Origin: Macrostomum lignano
Taxonomy: Eukaryota
Assembly: GCA_002269645.1 (NCBI GenBank)
Contig: NIVC01003837.1
Location: 1-64,000, forward strand
Length of the DNA: 64,000 bases
Direction: 5' to 3'
The position numbers and the translations under genes were made by a program. Each line of letters opens with the position of its first letter. Position 1 is the first letter of the stretch. Of this stretch, positions 23,787-35,554 are shown in pieces. The notes under the pieces were generated by a model that saw only the letters and a list, made by a program, of their open reading frames with translations, was not told the origin of the DNA and searched no databases.

Positions 23787-25727
23787 GCAGCATATAATAT
23801 TGACTATCTTTCTATACAAAGGCAAAGGTGCCAAGTCAAGTGTATTCAGTGAGCAAAGCTGCAAAATTTGGACCAGCTTTTAGGCTTAAAATTTTTTATT
23901 CTCGTTGTATGTTTCTTTCAAACAGACTAACCCAGCCCACGAAATGTTTCTAAGAATTAAAGACAGTTCTCAGGTATGCCGTCTCAGTCTCAGATACACT
24001 TTCCGGCCAGCCTCACTCGATTTTCTAGCGATGCAAACTGAGCGCCTCTTTCGCGTGGTTAGCAATGGCAGGGGTCTTTGAGCAGTAAAAAAAATTCGAG
24101 CACAGACCTTCCTACCCTCGAATTGTACATTGAATTTGTTTTAATGCGTTGCTAAGTCGGTGAGGCTTGAGTTATTAGTAAGACGCGATGTCGCATTGAG
24201 TTTGGATGGTTAATGAGCCCTCGCTAGCTTGCTAGTTGCTTGCGATACTCGCTTGCGATACTTATTCCATTAAATTTTTCACCTCTTTTTACGAAGAAAA
24301 AAATGTACGTTTTAGGGGCTTCCAGTTGCACCCAGTTGACAATAGCAGTCTAATTTCCTGCTTTGTTAGAAAGAAAATAGTGGAAAGACTTTTCAGTCCG
24401 ATAAGTAGCGGTTACAAGCGTGTATGCAGAAACTATACTTAAAGCATGATGAAATACAACTTTTCCATCTCTCAACCCCAAGCTAGAAGTAACCTATAAG
24501 CGTTCGTATCTTTGAGTAGACTCTTCAAAAAAAGAGAAAAAGCATACAGTTTTTTGTTAGCAACAGTTCGCTTCCAGGGAATAAGTGTTTCAATTTTAGG
24601 CCTAAAATCTGACTGTCGAATTTTGTTATTTCCACTCTTATCATAGAATTTGTTTACTCCTGATTCACACTCAGTTTAATCAATGGGAGCTTGTTTTTCG
24701 ACGAAATCCGGGTATGAGGTACTGCAAGACGATGTACGTTTCCCAGCGAGTACCGTAGAGTATGATCAGTGGAATCGATATTTTTTATGCTTCTACACTG
24801 TATTTTTGGTCATTTGCTTTTGATTTTCCTGAGATGTCAAGTCTTGGGGGGTTTCTGAGATGTGAGGCGGCGGCTTGGTCAGGCGAGAAGTCTGCGTTTC
24901 GTCGACCTGCTTTTAAGAGACGCTGAAATCTGCGACCCCCGCGGACTCGATTGCCCAGGATTGCTGTAGTTTGTTGTTGTTGTTGTTGCTGAGATGTCAA
25001 GTCTTGGGGGATTCCCGATATGTCAAGGCTTAAGAGGGAATTGCTGAGTTGTCAAGGGGAGATCATATTTTATTGAGGGATTTGCATGAACTGTCGAGGC
25101 GACTACATGATTTATTGAGACGATAGCAGGAATTATCTAGCAGGTAGGACGATTTTAAAGAGAGTAGCATGACATATTGAGGGAACAACATGGTGTGTTG
25201 TAGATTTACAGGTAAAGCATGAAACTTCGAGGGGATTTCTCGGTAAAAAGTTCCTGATAAAGCGTTTCCAGGGAATAGTTTGAAATTTCCAGGTATAGCG
25301 TGAGAGCAGGAGAGCAGGGGATATCAATGAAAAATTGCAAGAGATATAGCTAAGAGATATCGATGGGATGGCTAGAGATGCCAATTGTTAGCAGGGGATA
25401 TCAAGAGATCCAGAGAGCTAGAGATACGAGCTATCAAGAGATAGCTAGAGATATCAAGGGGATAGCAAGAGTTATTTAGCGCATAGTATAGGGAATAATT
25501 TAGGGGATATCTAGGTGAGAACATAGCGTGATTCAGTTTAATAGTTTTTTATTTCCTAGGATATTAAAAGCGTGTTTTTCTTTCCCCAGAGGGGGATTTG
25601 GTATGCTAGTTCCCTTTATTGCTTTGAGTCGCACTAGGCAGCTGCAACTGATGTACTCGTACGTATTTACCTTTTTTGAAGATAAGCTTTAACTTAGCTA
25701 ATTGGATCGCCTTTAACTTTTTGCAGA

Positions 25728-28207
25728 TTCCATTCAATCGAATCTACCAGCCAGGAAGAAGAAACGAGGCAGAAGCCCCAATTCCTCGGAGGACGAAGAA
25801 CGAAACGAGCAAAAAGTCCTAATTCTGGAGGAAGGCACCCCCATTGCCTGCACTAGCCGATGGAATACTGATTACGCAATAGTTGCCAAAGATCTTCACA
25901 ATTCCAAACTAATCAAACCTAATGAAAACCGCCGCGCCTGCCACAAAATCGAAGTCATAACTTATAGATCCGATACGGTAGCGATTCGACAGTTGTGCGA
26001 CTTTTAACATCTTTGTCTGGCTATTAAAGCTTTTGCTGACAATCTTCGGCTGTCAGTCAAAAGTTGTCGCACGGAAGACACTCTGGTTGGACACCATGCG
26101 ACAGCGTTTGTACAAGCTGGAATACAAATGCAGTAATGGAGTCAAAGTGAAACCAGAGCAGGTTTTGCAACGTGCGATCTCTCGAATTGGCGAACGCAAG
26201 TACGATTCCAAATGGAACAATGACCAGGACTTCGTTCGCTGGTGCTGCACCAAGCACTGCGACAACCAGAAGTATTTTGAAATTCCAGTCAAGTCAATTG
26301 ATCAACTGAAAAGCGTTTTTGACGCAAACGGAAGGAAAAAATATGCACTTATTGATGCAAACGGAAGGAAAAGATATGCACTTATTGATGCAAACGGAAA
26401 GAATAGATATGCACTTATTGATGCAAACGGAAAAAATAGATATGCACTTATTGATGCAAACGGAAAGAATAGATATGCACTTTTTGATGCAAACAGAAGG
26501 AAAATATATGCGCTTATTGATTCAAAACTGTTAACTTTATTGTCCAATTTCACTGAGCTCAGACACCAGGATAAATCACATATGGTACTTACATGTACTG
26601 TAGACAATTTGTGTAAAGACACTTCATGCTGCAGTGGAAACAGTTCGTGTTGCAGTGAAGGCACTTCATCTTGTTGTAGAAACACTTTGTGTTGCAGAGA
26701 AGACACTTCGTGCTGCAGAGAAGACACTTCGTGCTGCAGAGAAGACACTTCGTGCTGCAGAGAAGACACTTCGTGCTGCAGAGAAGACACTTCGTGCTGC
26801 AGAGAAGACACTTCGTGCTGCAGAGAAGACACTTCGTGCTGCAGAGAAGACACTTCGTGTTGCTGTGAAAACACTCCGTTTTGTTGCAAACGTTATAAGT
26901 ACTTCTTTACGGTTCAGAAAGTCGAAGTAAAGTCAAGAACAAGAAATAAAGAAATAAAGAGCTTCGGGCTTTCAGCTGTTTCTTAAGAGACTGCAGAGAC
27001 TGCAGAGGCTGCAAAAGAGTTCTTTGAAAAAAAGACAAAAAAATTGATCGGCAAGTCAATCTGGTTGAACCGTCGTGGCACAGTTCAGACTAAAATCGAT
27101 AGCGAGACCTTCTGCAACTGGCTACAAAAGTCAACAACTCCCACGCTAGATGACATTGAGCTGCTGCCATGGGCTGGCGACTGTTGCTGCAGTTGCTGCA
27201 GTTCTCGTCTTTGCTGTGACTCTAAATGCGGTCAACAACCGACATTCAACAGTCATGAATTTGGTGAACACGTTGTCGGTGAACACGTCGAAGTAAGCCC
27301 GAAGCAGGGTACTCCGTACCATATGCTTATCACGGAGATCGTTAATCCAAAAACCAATGATTGCGTTTACAAAGGCATAACCTCCCGATATAAACAAGGT
27401 ATTCAACATGAGCAATTTAAGAAACTCAAAGCAATCGTAACCTTCGACCAGGTTGAGTTGCTTGCGTTTAACGACGAACCCAAAGATTTCACTCTCGCTA
27501 ATAGAGAGGCTTCGGGCACAATATCTGATTGCTGGAATTTCTTCTGGATCACATTTCTTGTGCTGTCGTTTATCGTGACGCATTTCCGGTTATTAAAAAT
27601 TCTTGCTGTGGCGGCGCCGCTATTTAAAAATGATAATTGCACAACTCAGCACCTTTTGAAGCCTCCGCTGTGTTTTGACGTTCTTGATGAAGACTGCAAC
27701 TGTCCATGGGAGCAGATCATCATAATCGTTTATGCCAGCATTGCTGGGGTTTGCTTACTCATCTTGATCGGACTGCACTTGTTCGAAGTCCCGTGCTCGA
27801 GAGGCTGTGTCAACGGGTGCCGTCACAGACCGCTTAAGACTACTCGCAAACGGATGAGCTGGAGTTTGATTGAAAGCTCAATTAACTTTGTGATTGTTTT
27901 TGGTTTGATTTATTTTCAACTTTGGCTCAGGCAAAAATTGAGTAGTGAGTCGAGATTAGGCAACACATATTCATTTCTCATCACGTCTGCTGTCTCCATC
28001 TGCTTGTTTCTCATCAGAGCGCTGCTGCCAAGATGGATCCGCTGCTGCTGCCCGAGCAAGGATGCGGCTTACTGCTCACACTGCTGCCTCTGCTGCTGGT
28101 GCTCTGGCAGCACCGAATGTTGCGGGGTGGCTGATCACGAAGCCATCATTACCAAAGAAGAGGTCCATTTCAACAGGCAAAATGAACTAGCAGCAGCAAA
28201 TGCATAG
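25728..28207 (+). pseudogene. LRAT/NlpC-P60-like multi-domain membrane protein, copy A (disrupted)
   Basis: Colinear with the ORF at 35555-38410. It lacks that ATG, has a +1 T at ~26003-26006, and has CAA->TAA nonsense at 26984-26986. In-frame 33-bp (DANGKNRYALI x6) and 21-bp (CCREDTS x8) expansions. Confidence 0.75.
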
Positions 28208-29045
28208 ATGAGTGAACTGCAGTTTTCTGGGTTTTGAAAATAGAAATAGTTCAGTACCGCCTTTGCATGGTGTGTTACAGAATTTACTTAACCTAGGAAA
28301 TGATACGCTCGTATTAATTTTTCAGAGGTGTACTATGACCCGACTTTTTTAACGCTATTCTGTCCCATAGTTCCATAGGTTTACGTGTTGCTTGTGTGTT
28401 TTTCTAAAAATTTTATGTATTTTAAACGTGTTGACTATAAATTTTAACTTTTACATTAAACAATATTTTCATATTTTTGATTGGTACATTATTCACATAC
28501 GAGCTGTCATTGATTTAGAAATGATAAATTCACTAGTTACATGCTAGCTGTTAGATCTTATAGTTTTAGTTACAGTTATCTGTGTTGCTTCAAAAAATTC
28601 TCGTTAGTAGCTATTTTTTACTCTAATACATTGCCAATGTGTTAATCCCATTTCTTTTCATTAAAATTGACGTATTCGCGCGAACTTCTCTTATAGCTAC
28701 ATATTAGGTACAGTAGCACATTTTATGCGCTTCCATGAGAAGCGAAGTATAAATTGGAATACAAGAAAAGCTGATTAATTTTAATGCACTCAGTAACATG
28801 AGAGCTCACTCTAAAATATGAGCTGCTGTATTTAAAGTATCGAGTTAGGGAGATCACGAGATGTAAAAAACAATCGCATGAAACCAAGACGACATATACT
28901 GATAAAGTCATTGGCTAAAAGCATTTTTTAGAACTGCTATTGGACGGAGCTGCATCTGTAGCTGTTTATAAAGTCTCAATCATACTCAAACCTGCCTGTA
29001 GAAATTTTCCCATTAAGAAATCCCAGCTGTCTTTGAAAAAGAAGG

Positions 29046-29932
29046 ATGAAATATTCGTTAAGCAACTTCCAAGCGTTTCAAGCGCTTTTCGGCATTGTAA
29101 TCCAGTTGCTGCCTGCAGTGCGGGCTCTGGCGTGTCCGGATCCGTTCAGCCCGAGGCAGGCAGGTGCGTGTTCGTGAGCACTGCTCAAGATTTCACCTGG
29201 TGCGAAGCCAACCAGCGGTGCGCTGCAATCCAGGGCGAGCTGCTCAACTCGTACAGCTCGCTGCAGCTGCTGGCTCAAGGCAGCTTTCCCAGCCTCCGCT
29301 GCAGCTGCTGGCTCAAAGGCAGCTTTCCCAGCCTCCGCTGCAGCTGCTGGCTCAAAGGCAGCTTTCCCAGCCTCCGCTGCAGCTGCTGGCTCAAAGGCAA
29401 CTTTCCCAGCCTCCGCTGCAGCTGTTCCCTGTGGCTTGGAGTCAGCGACTTGGCCGATGAACGGAACACAAGCAAATCAGGCTGGGTGAAGATCAACGGC
29501 AATGGAATTTTTCCCCTCGATAATGCTTTGTGGGCTTCAAATATGCCATCTAACAATGGGAATCAGGACTGCTTGGTGCAGTCTGAAGGAGAGGCGCTAC
29601 TCAAGGATTTAAAGTGTTCAACCCGTCGTGGCTACGCATGCGAGTTTGTTGCCAAAGATGAACTGCAGACTGGGCCGACTGGCTCCGTTGCCTCGTGGAA
29701 GCGAACTCCGTTCAAGCGCACCAGCTACAACCCCAGCTCTCGCTACTGCTACTCTGACCTGCAGCAGGTTGGCAACGCAATGAAGTGCGTAGCGGCTGGC
29801 ATGAGATCTGGCAACTGCAGACAAGTGCTGTACAACAGCAAGCTGAGAGCCTGCCGCCTGCTGCTGTTCACCGACGCTCAGGTGGAGGAGGAGATCGAGA
29901 CGAGCGCCGACTGGGTCAAGTTCAGCGTGTAG
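29046..29932 (+). CDS. C-type lectin + PAN-like protein (copy 3); one 1-nt homopolymer frameshift near 29149 (probably error or recent lesion)
   Basis: MKYSLSNF...ALACPDPFSP then EAGRCVFV...WCEANQRC...LWLGVSD...NQDC...DLKC...YACEF, then YCY...KCVAAGMRSGNCRQVLYNSKLRAC. The paralog at 39249 has CCCC where this copy has CCC. Confidence 0.7.
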
Positions 29933-29974
29933 GGCTGGTGCAACTAGAGAGTTGCTGGGGGCGCCCGGACAGGA

Positions 29975-30095
29975 ACGCTCTAGTACACACGCTCACACAG
30001 GGTGTACAGCGGCTCTTTGACTCTCTAATCGTCAGGCATGTGCACTCTCTGTGTCTTCGGGGTCGGCCCTCAGGGCTGGGAATCGCACGATGTGT
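29975..30095 (-). mobile_element. Partial copy of the SINE body seen at 41121-41490
   Basis: ACACACGCTCACACAGGGTGTACAGCGGC...GGCATGTGCAC matches ~41265-41380. Confidence 0.5.
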
Positions 30096-30097
30096 GA

Positions 30098-30450
30098 GTG
30101 CATCTCAGCTATTCCCCCATGAGCCTTAGCATCTCAGCTATTCCCCCATGAGCCTTAGCATCTCAGCTATTCCCCCATGAGCCTTAGCATCTCAGCTATT
30201 CCCCCATGAGCCTTAGCATCTCAGCTATTCCCCCATGAGCCTTAGCATCTCAGCTATTCCCCCATGAGCCTTAGCATCTCAGCTATTCCCCCATGAGCCT
30301 TAGCATCTCAGCTATTCCCCCATGAGCCTTAGCATCTCAGCTATTCCCCCATGAGCCTTAGCATCTCAGCTATTCCCCCATGAGCCTTAGCATCTCAGCT
30401 ATTCCCCCCTGAGCCTTAGCATCTCAGCTATTCCCCCATGAGCCTTGATA
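30098..30450. repeat. 29-bp minisatellite (GCATCTCAGCTATTCCCCCATGAGCCTTA), ~12 units
   Basis: Unit read directly. Confidence 0.95.
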
Positions 30451-31074
30451 TCTCAGCAACTCTTATATAAGCCACAATATTTTAGAAATGTCCCCGTATG
30501 TCTTTCCCTCACAGCCATTTCTCAGGAGCCAATTCAGCCACAGTATAATTCCAATATTTCCCCATGAGCCTTGACATCTTAGCAATTCCCCCAATTACTC
30601 CTATATGTTTGATAGCGCGCTTTTTATGGTTGACATGGTGATTATTTTTTTTCGTTCTTTCGTTGAGTTTTCGTTTCTATGAATGAAAAGAAGTTTTTGA
30701 TAAAAAATTACATTGCTTCACCAGCACTGCTCTAGAAGATAAGCGCAGCCCAGCAAAATTATCTTTGAATTTAATTGTTAAATACGAGCGGTCTGGATGA
30801 ACCTGCATAGGAGACGATCATTTCTGTCACAGGTCACAGAGATAAATCCAACTGAGCTCCACAAAGTTACATGTACATAAAATTCAATAAATTAATCTAT
30901 AGCTCTCTTAGCATTATCTACTACTTTATTGTGTAAGTTCTGTCTTGTATATCCATATAAATTGTAGTATATCGATATTTTGCAATAATTGCGCCATAAA
31001 TATTACACGACTACCATCAGATTTGCACTATACTCCCCCAGATTAACACTGCTTCCCTTAGATTAGCCCCACTC

Positions 31075-31490
31075 CCCAGATTAGCACTACCCCCAGATTA
31101 GCACTACCCCCAGATTAGCACTACCCCCAGATTAGCACTACCCCCAGATTAGCACTACCCCCAGATTAGCACTACCCCCAGATTAGCACTACCCCAGATT
31201 AGCACTACCCCCAGATTAGCACTACCCCCAGATTAGCACTACCCCCAGATTAGCACTACCCCCAGATTAGCACTACCCCCAGATTAGCACTACCCCCAGA
31301 TTAGCACTACCCCCAGATTAGCACTACCCCCAGATTAGCACTACCCCCAGATTAGCACTACCCCCAGATTAGCACTACCCCCAGATTAGCACTACCCCCA
31401 GATTAGCACTACCCCCAGATTAGCACTACCCCCAGATTAGCACTACCCCCAGATTAGCACTACCCCCAGATTAGCACTACCCCCAGATTA
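31075..31490. repeat. 17-bp minisatellite (TTAGCACTACCCCCAGA), ~24 units
   Basis: Unit read directly. Confidence 0.95.
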
Positions 31491-32117
31491 ACACTTCTTC
31501 CCCCCCCCCCAAATCTGCATGAAACTGCATGGGAGACAATCATTGTGACAGGTTACAGAGATAAATTCTCTGCTTCAATGCAGATTCGAACTGCCGACCA
31601 TCTCCTTAGCCTGTTCCACTCTGCCTACAACGCGGCTATTTCGAAGAAACACATTTTACTGTTCTCTTAACAGTTATCATTTATCCCCTCAGCAGTCAGC
31701 AGTTCTCCTCTCGGCCGGCTCCTCAGTCTCCTCAGTAAACTGCAATGATTCTTTCAATAGTATAAAAATTTTCTCAGCATTTATTACGGCTCACTAATTA
31801 ATTTTCGATACATATCGGCAGTCCTAATGCACAACACAGCGTTTAGCGATACCTTCAGCAGATTAGCAGCATCGTCGGCAGTTTGGCAATTTCATACTTA
31901 TATGATGGGATCAGTAATACTCAAAGCAGTTTTAAAAAAATGAAATTTGCTGAACGACTTGTGCCGAATAGCAAAAATAATTCATTAAGTGTCAAAGTGT
32001 GCCTTACTAATAAATAAAACGTTTTCCAATTATCTGCAAATGAATGAATCAATTTTAATTGTCCCCAGTAGGCTCACTCGAACCTGGGACCTTACGCCTA
32101 GCCTAATCCCAGTCCTA

Positions 32118-32311
32118 GGGCCGTATGCAGAAAGCTTAGTCCAGACTAGCCAGTCCGGACTTGGGTAGTTCAGTCTATGGTCTATGGTCTAGCTACCTTA
32201 GTTCTGTCTATAGTAGACCGGTCTAACTTTGTGTTTCTGCATACCAACTCCAAGTCCAGACTAGCTTTTCAAGACCGGACTACCCTAGACAGAGCTTTCT
32301 GCATACGGCCC
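32118..32311. mobile_element. PIF/Harbinger-type MITE (194 bp)
   Basis: Perfect 19-bp TIR GGGCCGTATGCAGAAAGCT flanked by 3-bp TSD CTA/CTA. Confidence 0.85.
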
Positions 32312-33840
32312 CTAGTGTCTTCTGCATATTGATCAGAGGGCGATAAAATCAGCCATATATGTTTTTATATGGCTGAGCAGAGCAGCAAGCAGAGCGAATG
32401 TACAGTTGTGTGAAATCTATAAATAGCAATTGTCTATGCAGTCCGCCAGTCAGTCAGGGTCAGATTGTACACACGCAGCCACTGAGCATTCCTAGCTCCC
32501 TTGCTCACTGCAGCCAGTGCAGTAGGCGAGAGAGAAGTTATGGCGCAAACTCAATTGGAATTGAAATTCAGTCAGTCAGAGATTTTGGGGTCGTATATTA
32601 AAGCTGTCGTAGCGTAAGTTTTATCGAACTCGTACGTCGGAACTTCTACACTGCAGAGACAGAAGCTAAGAACGATCTTATCTTTATAGAACGGGCCCTT
32701 TGACTTTTTCTAGTCTTCCATTGAAGGCATTGGAGAAACTCGTTTTTCGAATATTTAATACTCCTTGCGCAAAAGCCTATTGACAAAATTCGAACCTACA
32801 ATTCAAAAATTTTCTTTTTTTGGTGAAAACGCGATAAAAATTGATTCAGGCTTTCAGACTGTGAAGCGTTCTACATAGACAGGCATAGATTAGAGATTTA
32901 GTATAGGTAGAAGATAGAAGACAAGCATACAAACCTTAGAGATTTAGTACATTTAGATTGAAAAGAAGAAGATTAGATAGTGGAAAGACTGCAGTCCATA
33001 ATTATGCTGCTGTTGCAAACGTGTATGCACGTGAGATGCGGTAACAAAGCGGCCTCCAAAGCCAAAGCAACAAAATATTTAGGCAGACGGGCCGCGCGTA
33101 AATTGAGGCAGTTGCCCAGCGAGACGGCGACGCCCCCCTCACCCCACCCCACACGGATCCACAGAGGCGGCAGGGATTGGCTGATCACTAAAGCCGATTT
33201 GCACGCACCCATGCAAACCAAATCAAATTTAAAGCATAATAAAAAGCAATACAACTTGTCCATTTCTCAACCCCAAGCTAGAAGTAACCTTTAGAAGCGT
33301 TCGTAACTTAGCGGCTACTCTTCAAAAAAATAGAAAAAGCATACACTTTTGTTTGCAAAAATTATCATAAGTGTCAAAATCTTGAAGCTTAAAATCTGAA
33401 TGTCGAATTTTGTTTATTTCCATTCCAATTTGTTAAACTTTGTTTTACTCCTAATTAACACTCGATTTAACCAATGGCAGCTGGAAGCTCAACAAAATAC
33501 GAAGTACAAGTAAGTTGTCAAGCGAGTACCGTGAAGTAAGATCAGTGGAACGGATACTTTTTACGGTTCTATAGACTGTCTTTTTGGTGATTGGCTTCTG
33601 GATTTTACGAGGCCATTGGAAATTGTTCAGGGATGGTGGCTTTCTGATCTAGGTTACTAATTACTGTAAATTATTTTTATCCTTGATAGATTACTCGTTG
33701 CAATTAGCTCATCTTTCGAATTGTAAAAATTCTACCACTGATATGACTGAATCCCAGACGTTGTTGTTGTTAAACGAGGGTGGGTAGCCTAGGGGTTCCC
33801 GCGGATCAGCCCAGGGAAGGGCTCTGCCGCTAGAGAACAG

Positions 33841-34381
33841 GGTGGTGTTTTACGAACCAAAGTTCAACCTTAAGATTAAACTTAGGATTGAGTTTAGGAT
33901 CGACGTGTTCTATGAAGATAAAAGTCGATCTTAGCTGGGATCCAACTAAGGTCTGACCTAATGGAAGATAAGATCGAACTTACGACTGGTGCGTTTTATC
34001 AAGAGAGACTGTCTATGACCAAAACTGTCATGGTCGGTCTTAACTTTAGGACACATCTAGAGTTGTCCTAAGTTTCAAGTCGCTATCTGAACAGCAAGAG
34101 TCGATCTGTTGGAATAAAATGTTTGCCGTTTTAATTGCTCGTCGTGCGACGAGATGCTCTGCTGGCTAAAATAAAGCTAAAGTTTGACGCCACGCGGAAT
34201 TAGTCTATGGTCAACCCTATCTTAAACTTTCTCGTCCACAACCAAACCTCGACCTTAGCTAAGATCGAGGTTAGAAGTGACTCCTAAGTGTTTGTAAAAC
34301 GCATTTACGGCTCAGTCTTAAGTTCGAGCCTAAGTTGGAACTTAGGAGTCAGTCTTAAGACGCAGTTCGTAAAACAACCCC
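33841..34381. mobile_element. PIF/Harbinger-type MITE (541 bp)
   Basis: 17-bp TIR GGTGGTGTTTTACGAAC / GTTCGTAAAACAACCCC (15/17). 3-bp TSD CAG/CAG (CWG type). It sits within a larger unclassified insert absent from the paralogous intron A. Confidence 0.8.
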
Positions 34382-35554
34382 CAGGGGCCTATCTAACCAG
34401 GGGCATACAGCCTGAGCGGCCCAGATTGGGACCAGGAACAAGGCCTGGTAGAAATACCTTATTGGGGCTACCAGCTCAAACCTTTGGACTAAGACACCGC
34501 CAACCCATAGTGGAATCAGGGACGGTGCTAAGACCGAGTCCACTTGGAGCGAATCTGGGCAGCTTATTTGCCAAAGGCGAGTCTCCGGAAGCGCAAAGCC
34601 GACTGAAAACTCCCCCTATAGGGCTGCGAGCCTCACGGCTTTTTCACTACCCAGCTCTAAACAATATTGGAGTAAGCTTAAGCGGTCCGAGAGAGGAAAG
34701 ATCCTAGTCTACGGAAAAGGCTTATCTATTGGAGCGAGTCTGGAAGCTTATTGCCAAGGGCGAGTCGATCCTGTCAGGCAGGAGACCCTTCTATACCGAT
34801 AGGGCTGCGAGCCTCAAGGCTTTTTCGCTATCCAGCTCAATAAGGGCTAGGCCAAGGGGTTGGATAGGGCACAAGGTCAGCAAGAGGAACCCGGACTCAG
34901 CCGGTTTTCCCGAATCGGGACGAACTTATTCACCAGGACTCCAATCCACTGTCAGAGATAAGAGCCGAGACACAAAAGCAGGGAACTTCCAGAGGAGACA
35001 GCAGGTGGACCAAGGCTATAGAGCGCCCTCACCGAGGCGAGATTTGCAACTCCAAATATTGGGTGGTTCAAGTGCCAAGATAAAAACACAAAGGATAAAA
35101 GGCCACAAAGGCAGGGATAAAAACAATAAGGAGGATCACACAACCTCAGGGGCTCAGCCTCAGGGCTGGCATCAACTTTGTGAATGGTCGTCTTTCCTGC
35201 AGGGCGGGTGCGACCAAGGGGCTCAAGTCCCGTTCTAGCCACACTGCAGTCCAGAATTCCAGGTACACCCCCATAAACCAAAGCCGAGGGCCGAAATAAT
35301 TGCAAAGAAATAGGGTTATATAATCCCAACTTCAGAAACCCGCAAATCCCTTCTCATTTCAGCTGCTATAACATTTTCACAAGCCTCGACTACTAATAAT
35401 AGCGTAAAAGCAAATTTGTTTTAACAACAATTGAAATTCTGTTGCCACTTGCCACTATTGCTTTGAGGCGCAATAGGCAGCTGAAACTATCATTTCTTGA
35501 ATCTGAACTTTAACTTTAGCTAATGGAATCACCTTTAAATCTTTGCAGATTTCA

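Noticed and set aside
26302-26889. Antisense QHEVSSL repeat ORF resembling the QHEQDV repeat of copy B
   Set aside because: It is the reverse-frame reading of the CCREDTS 21-bp repeat at a non-homologous position; the resemblance appears coincidental.
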